The notes under the pieces: model-generated
The model's database searches: none
Seen by the model: the letters and a program-made list of their open reading frames with translations, nothing else
What the model was told of the DNA's origin: nothing
Program-made: the position numbers and the translations under genes
From: Macrostomum lignano
Taxonomy: Eukaryota
Reading direction: 5' to 3'
Assembly (NCBI GenBank): GCA_002269645.1
Contig: NIVC01000033.1
Coordinates: 237,335 to 301,334, forward strand
Length of the DNA stretch: 64,000 nt
Shown here: positions 1 to 11,723 of the stretch, piece after piece
How positions within the stretch are numbered: the first letter of the stretch is position 1
Layout of the letters: every line of letters begins with the position of its first letter

Positions 1-64
1 AGGTTTTAGAAGGCATTCAGCAGCTAGTATGAGGCTATATCGCCTACCATCCTGTCACTTGCAG

Positions 65-202
65 GTGCGGGACATACACCTGCACCACGAGCCGTTTAGC
101 GTTGAGAACGGCCTCCTGACGCCAACGTTCAAGGCTATGCGCAACGAGTTGCGTCGATTATTTGGCGAAACGTTCACAAAGATGTACCGCGACCACCGAT
201 AG
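65..202 (+). CDS. ACSL: Last coding exon of a long-chain fatty-acid--CoA ligase (ACSL family); rest of gene lies upstream of window
   Basis: Acceptor ttgcag|GTG at 64/65. Translates VRDIHLHHEPFSVENGLLTPTFKAMRNELRRLFGETFTKMYRDHR*, matching the characteristic ACSL1/5/6 C-terminus (HxExFSxENGLLTPTxK). AATAAA at 486-491. Not in ORF track (under 60 aa). Confidence 0.9.
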   Translation: MRDIHLHHEPFSVENGLLTPTFKAMRNELRRLFGETFTKMYRDHR

Positions 203-1694
203 GCGTCCGCGTGATCCATCTTCTGGATGCAACACTGCCCCGCTTGATGCAGATGCACTTTTTAATAATAATCTCTTAATCTCTTATACTTTCACTTGCA
301 AATTTATTTTATTTTTTCTTCTTCATAAAGACAATTGCAATTTTTTTTCTCGAACTTTTTCAAATCACGTTTTTGGACAAACAATATTCTTGCTGATCTC
401 ATCATATTTTAAAACAACTAATGCAATTGCACGCTGAAGGCTAAAGAACAGAAAGGTGAATGCATATGGTGTGGTAAACCACAAGAATAAACCCGACTCG
501 GTCTTCATGTAATATGCCAGAACCGATAACTGTTCTCCCTTTTTCACTCTGAATCGACTCTCAAGCTGGAAATTAAACCATAGACCAACGAATGAAAACC
601 AATTGTTAGCAAGTCTTCAATGCAACAACTGGAGCGGTGGATAAAATATTATAGACCATACGGCTGTTGAATCTTCAAGTCATTCGATGTTTTTGGTCAC
701 CGTGTCGTATACTAACGGAAGCAAACTTTCGAAAAGTACTGCGTTTGACATTAAGGACAGAACTCCCAAGAGCGACAGCGTTCTCGGCACAGGTGCATGG
801 ACTGCTCCCATAATTGAGGGTCCCTCTAGTCGACGCCGTAAGCTGAGAGCAAGGCATTGGCGCAGTGGCGATTTCATGGCTGATCACTTGACTCTGCGTT
901 GAAGAAGCGATATCAAGAGAGCCCTGCACCTACCTGCCATAGCTACTTTGTCTTCACGGGAAATCACTAAATGAGATGGAAGTACTACAGCAAATAAACG
1001 AAGGACGCTACAAAGTAATCAACAAGGCCCGTAAAATTTTATAATTTCTGCAGAGAGTTTAAGTTTGCAAACAGCTATATCAGCGTTCAAAACGCTGATA
1101 TGCTATTACAAACTTATCATAGATATTTAATGTTAGACCCACCCATTTGCCTGCACTAAAACAGCCACGCAGACAATGCGTGCCCTCTCTGTGTTAATTT
1201 ATCTAACTGCTCAACTATGCAAAAAAGCAAATAAGATGGGTGGGGCGGAAAAATATTACGCCACCACCCCAACGCTGCCCCAAACACAATTCCGAGCATT
1301 ATAAATACAATGCAATTGAAAGAGCCGAGGCTCTCCACTGCCGAGTTGAGTAAAGTTTGAGCTCAAACCTAAGAAAAGGACTTGTCTCAGTTCTTCGAAG
1401 CTTCTGTCTGTCGTGACAGAGGGGTAGCAGGCGTGTAAGGTAGTTTGCGTGAGAGGCCTTTCAGAGACTACCGATAAACGACCTGTTACAAGCTAGTTCA
1501 GAAACGGCTGTAGAGAAGCTGCCTGTTCCAGATGAACCTGAACTGTTTGAGGTGAAAGCGAATTTATAGAGGCGCTGTGGGTGCGAGTTTTCATTCCGTT
1601 AGTAAGTCTACCAAAAGACATTTGTCTCTACTGCAACTTCTTCGGATTTTGAGATATGCAGCTCCTTAAAAGAGAGATGTATAACTATATACAT

Positions 1695-2775
1695 CTGCTG
1701 TGCTCCGTGCCTACAACGTGCCGCAGCAGCTTATCTCCGCCATCATGGCGCTGTATCAGGACACCACCGCCGCGGTAGCGACGCCAGACGGACCGTCGGA
1801 CCTGTTTAGCACGACGTCCGGAGTGCTACAGGGTGACACTCTGGCGCCCTTTCTCTTCGTGCTGGTGATGGACTGGGTGCTCAGGATCGGCCTGCCGACA
1901 TCAGAGGACGGCTTTCTGCTGCAAAGGCGCACCAGTAGACGGCACCCGGAGAAGAAACTGTCTGTCCTTGGCTACGCGGACGACCTCGCCCTGCTGTCTT
2001 CGACGGCCGAAGGCGCCCAACGGCTGCTGGACGGCTTGACTGCGGCGGCGGCGAGGGTCGGTCTCGTCATCAACGCGAGGAAGACCGAGGTGCTGACGGT
2101 GCCGCATGATCTACCCGCCGAGATTTGACTTCGAGACGGCGACGGCCCCGGGACGGCGCTCCCGAAGTGCCTTCAGTTCGTCTACCTCGGCGGACTGGTG
2201 CCGGACGTCGGCGACGACCTAGCGAGACGGCGCGGCAAGGCCTGGGCTGCCTTCCGATCTGTGCGGGCGGTGCTGCTCTCCGAGGCCCTGTCCGACGGCG
2301 CCAGGTCCCAGCTGTTCCAGGCGGTTGTTGAGACCGCCCTGCTGTACAATGCTGAGACCTGGACGCTGACCGGGGCGCTTGAGGCGCAGCTCGACGCGGC
2401 ACATGCGGCCCTAGTCCGCGCCGCTTTCGGCGCCCGCCGCGGCCCTGGCAGCGAGACAACCGAGTCCCTGTACAAGCGCACAGGCCTGACGCGGCCTTCT
2501 GCCCTGCTGAGTCAGCGGCGCCTGCGGCTGGCCGGACATGTCATCTGGGCCGAAGCTTACTGCCCAGAGCCGCTGCAGGACGTCCTGCTGTGGACACCGC
2601 GGGACCGCGCAGGCTACCCGCTACGTCGACCGCCTTTTTGAAGATGCGCGAGCACCCAGCCAGGCGGCCTGTGTGAAGCACATTAGAGACGTAGTTCTGA
2701 AACGCGCGATTTGACGCTCCCCCCTTTTGGCCACTTCTATGGCTGGCGTGGGGCGTAACTATTATTATTATTATA
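1695..2775 (+). mobile_element. 5'-truncated non-LTR retrotransposon (RTE/RTEX-like LINE) RT fragment, inactivated
   Basis: RT motifs GVLQGDTLAPFLF, LGYADDLALL, FVYLGG, RLRLAGHVI. ORFs 1700-2128 and 2198-2641 share a frame separated by an in-frame TGA (2126-2128). Frameshift near 2600 before RYVDRLFED...KRAI* (stop 2712-2714). Short 3'UTR then (TAT)n tail at ~2759-2773. Sharp GC-rich island in AT-rich flanks. Confidence 0.9.
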
Positions 2776-3238
2776 TAAAAATTTTAGTAAATCTTGCTGC
2801 GATCAACATTCAATGCTGTTCAACTTAAGTTGTAGTATAAGTCAAACTTTTGTTAACACTAATATCCTAAAACGTGCATTTTTAAATTTGATTAAGTGCA
2901 CACGATAATTAAATATAATGAGTCACGCACGCCGCCTCGCCGGAGTTGGCAAGCCACTAAACTAAATGTTTTTTTAAGACTTTTAGTATCTAACACGTGA
3001 CAAAACTTTGAATTTTGTATTCTCCGATTTTTCAAGACTCCTTTTTGCGGCAAATTTATTACCTTTTGTTCTTCATCTACTTTGTTTGTTACTTAAAAGT
3101 TTATCATTAAGCAATAATAAAGCAGTGAAGCACAGTTTTCAATCTTCAATCAATATTCAAAATATTTTATAAATATTTTTAGTAAATCATAAGTCTAAGC
3201 CATTAGCTCTAAGCTTGCTCGTCTGAAATTTGATTGGA

Positions 3239-6200
3239 ATGCCACCATATCCCCATCGCCATCACTCAAGTCCAAAAATGAGAAGCCATGGCCAACCATT
3301 CTCAAATGAATCTGCAATGGAATTAAATGAAGAGAATGGTGCTCAACCAAGTGCTATACCAAGTGTTGCAACATTAACTCATTCGAATGTAAGTGTGAGT
3401 TTTTATGTGAACATGCAAATATATTTTTAGGGTTTTATAATTTTGTCCCAAATTTTTTAATTTATATTGACATGTATTCTTTATGCTTTTATACATTCCG
3501 TTTCATTTATATACCATAATACTATGGTATCTTTTGGTATGGTATTATCAGTTTTTAGAGTTAAGTACCAAATTCATTACAAACTTAGACTTTTAAAGTT
3601 ATCATTATGTATAATATCTAGCCTTTTATGAAACATCCTATAAGTCTAATTATAAACTTGTTTGCTTAAAATTGAAAGGGCATCTATAAATATTTTAGAT
3701 TTGCTATAATAAAAGATTGAATAGGTAGATATAGCTATAGCAAATAGTAAACAGTAAACAACATTAGGAATTTGTTTTTATTAGTTTTTTCTAGAAGTTT
3801 TCTATATAATCATATATAGTCCTAAACTATATAGACAACTTTCTAATATTAATAAAGATGTAAATTGATGACAAACAACAAGTATATAATTTATTATTGA
3901 ATTTTTTACATTTTAACACATTTTAATAAAAGTTATTTATATATTAATTATTAAACTAAGTAAAAGAAAAGTGAAAAGTGAAAATTTTGTTTCTAGATAG
4001 GTAATCTTAAACTAATAGATATAAAATGTATTAGATATCTTTCTTATCCTAATTGTCATCATCATAGACAACTTTTTTTCTCTTAGTATTGAACTACATT
4101 TATTAGTTATATTATTATTAACGATGCCTGACTGGCCATACATAGAAAACCAATATAATTTGATAGCATAGATTCAATTTACTAATAGGTTTATAAGTTT
4201 ATTGAACACTATCAATCGATCGAATTCTTTACAGACAATGGACCCACTGATCACCTCCAATCAGTCAGTGTACCCCAACCTGGAGGTGAATGTCATGGAA
4301 GTACCAGCTTTGTCCACCTGCCGGCGCCTTCTGTATGGCTTGGCCGCCCCGCCATCGGCAATGTGCGGCAATATACTTGGCTTCCTCATGTCTGTCTACC
4401 TGCTGGAGGTGGCCAAGCTCTCGCCTGGCCTGGTGCTGACCATCTCCTTTGCTGGCAGGTTCTGGGATGCCGTGTCCGATCCGCTTATTGGCTACTTGGT
4501 CACCCGGACCAAGACTAGGTGAGGACATTGCATTTGATTAATGTGGGTATGGGACTTCAGGGTCGCCTGATCATGAGGATAGAGTGAAGCTTCAGGATCA
4601 TTCATTAGACCATGCGATAGGATCAGATACTTAATTAGGTCATTAGGCCATGCAACAGAATCAGATACTTAATTAGGTCATTAGGCCATGCGATAGAATC
4701 AGATACTTCATTCAGTTCATTAGGCCATGCGATAAGATCAGATACTTCATTCGGTTCATTAGGCCATGCGATAGAATCAGATAATTAGTTCATTAGGCCA
4801 TGCGATAGAATCAGATAATTAGTTCATTAGGCCATGCGATAGAATCAGATAATTAGGTCATTAGGCCATGCGATAGAATCAGATAATTAGGTCATTAGGC
4901 CATGCGATAGAATCAGATACTTCATTCGGTTCATTAGGCCATGCGATAGAATCAGATAATTAGTTCATTAGGCCATGCGATAGAATCAGATACTTCATTA
5001 GGTCATTAGGCCATGCAACGAAACGATACTTCTAGCTGATCAAGCCAGTAAGCTGAAATTCCTCCCTGCCGTCTCCGATCCGCAGGTGGGGCAAGTGCCG
5101 CATCTGGGTGCTGGGCTCCGCTCCGCTCTGCGCCACGTCCTTCATTCTGCTGTTCCACACGCCCTCCTGGCAGTGGACACCTGGAAGATTTATCTACTAC
5201 TTTGTGGTTTACTTCGCCTTCTGCACGTTTCTGACGGTTTGTATTTATTATAAATATAATAATAATTGTTGTTACAATAGAAAATTGTATAGAATCTCAC
5301 CCCAGAGCTAAGAAATCTCACCCTTCCCCTATTGAGAATCTCACCCCCTGAAAATCCCCTAATGAGAATCTCATTCCTTGAAAAATCCCCTATTAAGAAT
5401 CTCTTCCCTTGAAAAATCCCCTATTAAGAATCTCTTCCCTTGAAAAATCCCCTATTGAGAATCTCATCCCTTGAAAAATCCCCTATTGAGAATCTCATCC
5501 CTTGAAAACATCCCCTATTGAGAATCTCATCCCTTGAAAAATCCCCTATTGAGAATCTCATCCCTTGAAAAATCCCCTATTGAGAATCTCATTCCTTGAA
5601 AAATCCCCTATTGAGAATCTCATTCCTTGAAAAATCCCCTATTGAGAATCTCATCCCTTGAAAAATCCCCTATTGAGAATCTCTTCCCTTGAAAAATCCC
5701 CTATTGAGAATCTCTTCCCTTGAAAAATCCCCTATTGAGAATCTCTTCCCTTGAAAAATCCCCTATTGAGAATCTCATTCCTTGAAAAATCCTCTATTGA
5801 GAATCTCATTCCTTGAAAAATCCCCTATTGAGAATCTCATTCCTTGAAAAATCCCCTATTGAGAATCTCATCCCTTGAAAAATCCCCTATTGAGAATCTC
5901 ATTCTTTGAAAAATCCTCTATTGAGAATCTCATTCCTTGAAAAATCCCCAATTGAGAATCTCATTCCTTTTAAAGCATTGCTACTAAAAATATTTTTTAT
6001 GGCTTCACGAATTGTTTATGTCGCTGCTTGCTAAGTCGCACTTGATGCATCCGAGGCTTCGGCAACATCCAACAAAATGTCTATCAAGCTGATGCTATAT
6101 TGCCCCCCCCCCCTGCCTAATTTTAAATCTAATACCGACGCCCACCCTTGAGTTCTGGCGCACTCGGGGCGGGCCGGCCCTAGTGCGCATGCGTCACGTG

Positions 6201-9200
6201 ACTTGTGTTCTCTCCTTTCTCTCTCTCTCTCTCTCTCGCCCCAATCACCCCACCCTGCCGCACTCAGTCCTTGCCTCCCCTCCCCCTAGTCGGCCTATTT
6301 TTAGCCCGTGTCGCCTCATCCAAGTTCCTCTCTTCTGTGCCTCGCTGTCCAATTCGACCTTGGCCGGTGCGAGCCAGACGAGAGACCAGAGTTCATTTCG
6401 TTCTGATAAATAAATTTCACTGACTGGAGTCTTTCATTAGCTAGAATCATCATAAACTAAAATCACCATAAACTGGAATCTTGATTAACTAAAATCATCA
6501 TAAACTGGAATCTTGATAAACTAAAATCGCCATAAACTAAAATCATCATAAACTGGAATCTTGATAAACTAAAATCATCATAAAATGGAATCTTGATAAA
6601 CTAAAATCGCCATAAACTAAAATCACCATAAACTAGGATCTCGATAAACTAAAATCGCCATAAACTAAAATCATCATAAACTAGAATCTTGATAAACTAA
6701 AATCATCCTAAACTAGACTCTTGATAAACTAAAATCATCATAAACTAAAATCATCATAAACTAGAATCTTGATAAACTAAAATCATCATAAACTAAAATC
6801 ATCATAAACTAGAATCTTGATAAACTAAAATCATCATAAACTAGAATCTTGATAAACTAAAATCATCATAAACTAGAATCTTGATAAACTAAAATCATCA
6901 TAAACTAGAATCTTGATAAACTAAAATCATCCTAAACTAGAATCTTGATAAACTAAAATCATCCTAAACTAGAATCTTGATAAACTAAAATCATCATAAA
7001 CTAGAATCTTGATAAACTAAAATCATCCTAAACTAGAATCTTGATAAACTAAAATCATCATAAACTAGAATCTTGATAAACTAAAATCATCATAAACTAA
7101 AATCATCATAAACTAGAATCTTGATAAACTAAAATCATCATAAACTAGAATCTTGATAAACTAAAATCATCATAAACTAGAATCTTGATAAACTAAAATC
7201 ATCATAAACTAGAATCTTGATAAACTAAAATCATCCTAAACTAGAATCTTGATAAACTAAAATCATCCTAAACTAAAATCATCCTAAACTAGAATCTTGA
7301 TAAACTAAAATCATCCTAAACTAGAATCTTGATAAACTAAAATCATCATAAACTAAAATCATCCTAAACTAGAATCTTGATAAACTAAAATCATCCTAAA
7401 CTAGAATCTTGATAAACTAAAATCATCATAAACTAAAATCATCATAAACTAGAATCTTGATAAACTAAAATCATCCTAAACTAGAATCTTGATAAACTAA
7501 AATAATCCTAAACTGGAATCTTGATAAACTAAAATCATCCTAAACTAGAATCTTGATAAACTAAAATCATCCTAAACTAAAATCATCCTAAACTAGAATC
7601 TTGATAAACTAAAATCATCCTAAACTAGAATCTTGATAAACTAAAATCATCATAAACTAAAATCATCCTAAACTAGAATCTTGATAAACTAAAATCATCC
7701 TAAACTAGAATCTTGATAAACTAAAATCATCATAAACTAAAATCATCCTAAACTAGAATCTTGATAAACTAAAATCATCCTAAACTAAAATCATCCTAAA
7801 CTAGAATCTTGATAAACTAAAATCATCCTAAACTAGAATCTTGATAAACTAAAATCATCATAAACTAAAATCATCCTAAACTAGAATCTTGATAAACTAA
7901 AATCATCATAAACTAAAATCATCCTAAACTAGAATCTTGATAAACTAAAATAATCCTAAACTAGAATCTTGATAAACTAAAATCATCATAAACTAAAATC
8001 ATCATAAACTAGAATCTTGATAAACTAAAATCATCCTAAACTAGAATCTTGATAAACTAAAATCATCATAAACTGGAATCTTGATAAACTAAAATCATCA
8101 TAAACTAGAATCTTGATAAACTAAAAGTATGAATATGCTGACTGCGAGTGTGTGTGGCAGAATGGAGCTTTCATTTTCATGCATTTACTCGTAGTTATGC
8201 CTATAGCTCAGTAAAAACTCATAACTGTTAAATTTCCTGTTTCAGACCTATCACATCCCGTACACGGCCATGACAATGCTCATATCGAGCAGGACTGTAG
8301 ACAGGGACGCCGCCACCACCTTTAGTGAGAACTTTATTTTTTCTATTTTTTTATTAACACCGTGTTTTCCGTTCACGTGTGGGTGGATGTGAAAGTTTAG
8401 TTGAAGCGGTGGAAATTGATTTTTTCTCGTCTGCTTTTGTTGTTTTGGAGAGAGAGAGAGAGGGTGCTGAATATGAGAATGCCAGTTGCAACAGCTGCCA
8501 TGACGGTTGGCCGGACCAATCTGGCTGGGTCAAGAAGTAAATCTTTTTTTCGCTTGCAAGCGGAAAGTTGAGAACAGATTTTGTTGTGCCAAAGCTATTG
8601 GACTGCAGTTCACTCATAGCGGTGTTAACAGGCGTAATACGAGCGTAGTGCCCGCGATCCTTATAGTGATAAGGCGCTGTTTTTTTGCCCTCGGGTCCAC
8701 CTTGATTAGAACAACTGTTTCTTATGAACAAAATTTGTAAACACTGGGGTGGGGCTCCGTGTCACTTGTGAATCACTGCGAGCAAGCATTGCCTGTGTGC
8801 TTTGTTTGGGCACTGCTTGCGCGGACAGGGATTCTGTGAAAGATGGGGTGTAACAATGTGAAAGAGGGGGAGTGACAGCGTGAGAGAGGGGGAGTGATAG
8901 TGTGAGAGAGGGGGAGTGACAGTGTGAGAGAGGGGGAGTGACAGAGTGAGAGATGGGGAGTGACAGCGTGAGAGATGGGGATTGACAGTGGGAGAGATGG
9001 GAGTGACAGCGTGAGAGATGGGTATTGACAGTGTGAGAGAGGGGGAGTGACAGAGTGAGAGATGGGTATTGACAGCGTGAGAGATGGGGATTGACAGTGG
9101 GAGAGATGGGAGTGACAGCGTGAGAGATGGGTATTGACAGTGTGAGAGAGGGGGAGTGACAGAGTGAGAGATGGGGATTGACAGCGTGAGAGATGGGGAG

Positions 9201-11672
9201 TGACAGTGGGAGAGATGGGAGTGACAGCGTGAGAGATGGGTATTGACAGTGTGAGAGAGGGGGAGTGACAGAGTGAGAGATGGGGAGTGACAGCGTGAGA
9301 GATGGGGATTGACAGTGGGAGAGATGGGAGTGACAGCGTGAGAGATGGGTATTGACAGTGTGAGAGAGGGGGAGTGACAGAGTGAGAGATGGGGAGTGAC
9401 AGCGTGAGAGATGGGTATTGACAGTGTGAGAGAGGGGGAGTGACAGAGTGAGAGATGGGGAGTGACAGCGTGAGAGATGGGGATTGACAGTGGGAGAGAT
9501 GGGAGTGACAGCGTGAGAGATGGGTATTGACAGTGTGAGAGAGGGGGAGTGACAGAGTGAGAGATGGGGAGTGACAGCGTGAGAGATGGGTATTGACAGT
9601 GTGAGAGAGGGGGAGTGACAGCGTGAGAGATGGGGATTGACAGTGGGAGAGATGGGAGTGACAGCGTGAGAGATGGGTATTGACAGTGTGAGAGAGGGGG
9701 AGTGACAGAGTGAGAGATGGGGATTGACAGTGGGAGAGATGGGAGTGACAGCGTGAGAGATGGGTATTGACAGTGTGAGAGAGGGGGAGTGACAGATTGA
9801 GAGATGGGGATTGACAGTGGGAGAGATGGGGAGTGACAGTGGGAGAGATGGGAGTGACAGCGTGAGAGATGGGTATTGACAGTGTGAGAGAGGGGGAGTG
9901 ACAGAGTGAGAGATGGGGAGTGACAGCGTGAGAGATGGGTATTGACAGTGTGAGAGAGGGGGAGTGACAGCGTGAGAGATGAGGAGTGACAGTATGAGAG
10001 GGGGAATGTCAGTGAGAGAGGGGGGGAGTGACAGTATGAGAGGGGGAATGACAGTGAGAGAGGGGGGGAGTGACAGCATGAGAGGGGGAATGACAGTGAG
10101 AGAGGGGGGGGAGTGACAGCATGAGAGGGGGAATGACAGTGAGAGGGGGGGAGTGACAGCATGAGAGGGGGAATGACAGTGAGAGAGGGGGGGGAGTGAC
10201 AGCATGAGAGGGGGAATGACAGTGAGAGAGGGAGGGAGTGACAGCATGAGAGGGGGAATGACAGTGAGAATGAGAAGGCAGGGAAGAGTGGATCAGGGAG
10301 CAGATTCGAAAGCTACATGGCTAGTAAATCCTGTGCAGAATAGTCAATCTAGCTCAGCTAAGTAAGCAATAATTAGAACCCCGAGGCCGCCAGTTCAAGA
10401 CTGCTAAACTGTACCGTTCGCAACAGAGACAAATCTTTTAGAGCTGGCTGCGGAATTTCAGTGTTGAGTGGGGAATGAAAGCCGTTTAGAGTGGTACCAC
10501 TGCCCCCACCCAGCCACCTACACAGTCTGCACAAATGCTGTTTGTACTTTCCAGCCTATCCTTATAGCCGGAATAGAATGGCTTCATAGATATGCGAGCT
10601 AAATATGTTGGCCAGGCCACGTGGCTGTCTGTTTTTCTGGACTGGGCCGATTGGTCCTTAGGGCCTGTTCCTCCTGTATCAGTTGCCAAGCCCTGCAGTG
10701 CAGCCCGAACTGGAAGTCCCGGGTGGTGTGACTAAGGCCGCTCTCTGCGGCTTGGGCATGAGGGGAATTCATGTGGGGAGTGGGGATGGGGTGGATCGGC
10801 CACGTGGTCTGACTTCGGGGCTTGGGTATGGGGGACCTGGGGTGGCTGTTACAGGGGGAGGGGTTGACTAGCTGTCTGCGTTTCCACGCCAAACACCCGC
10901 TGTAAGAGAGGGAGGATTTCCCCTCCACTACATCCCCGTGTCTTGCCTCTTCCCCTGTTTTCCTCTCTTCCCCTTCCTTCCCGCCCCCAGCCAAGTTCGC
11001 CCGCACTCTCTTTTCCCATTGAGGGTTAGGGGATTTTTATGTCTGCCTCGGTTTTGAATCGTTTGGAGAATTTTTAGTGCAGTCGTGCTGGTCTTATTAC
11101 TCTACTGATTGTGAGTAGGCTGGTAGTGCGTTTATTTTGTTTGTTTTTTTCTGTAATTTTTCGGTACAGACAGACAGACAGACACTAAGTCAGACACTAA
11201 GACAGACACTAAGACAGACACTAAGACAGACACTAAGTCAGACACTAAGACAGACACTAAGACAGACACTAAGACAGACACTAAGTCAGACACTAAGTCA
11301 GACACTAAGACAGACACTAAGACAGACACTAAGTCAGACCCTAAGTCAGACACTAAGACAGACACTAAGTCAGACACTAAGACAGACACTAAGTCAGACA
11401 CTAAGACAGACACTAAGACAGACACTAAGTCAGACACTAAGTCAGACACTAAGTCAGACACTAAGACAGACACTAAGACAGACACTAAGTCAGAAACTAA
11501 GACAGACACTAAGACAGACACTAAGACAGAAACTAAGACAGACACTAAGACAGACACTAAGTCAGGCACTAAGACAGACAATAAGACAGGCACTAAGTCA
11601 GGCACTAAGATAGATACTAAGACAGATACTAAGACACTAAGACACTAAAGACAGACACTAAGACAGACAGGC

Positions 11673-11723
<51 letters not shown>

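Noticed and set aside
675-1690. Possible decayed coding sequence between ACSL and the LINE
   Set aside because: Stop density looks no lower than expected by chance and no protein motif was recognised.
8706-10247. Long ORFs over satellites (8706-10247, 18807-19652, 22450-23730, 22664-23707, 33612-35141, 34156-35292, 40571-44561 on +, 50939-52275, 59047-59635 and similar)
   Set aside because: Stop-free only because the repeat unit lacks stops; they lie in introns or UTRs of well-supported genes and break the exon phase chain if included.
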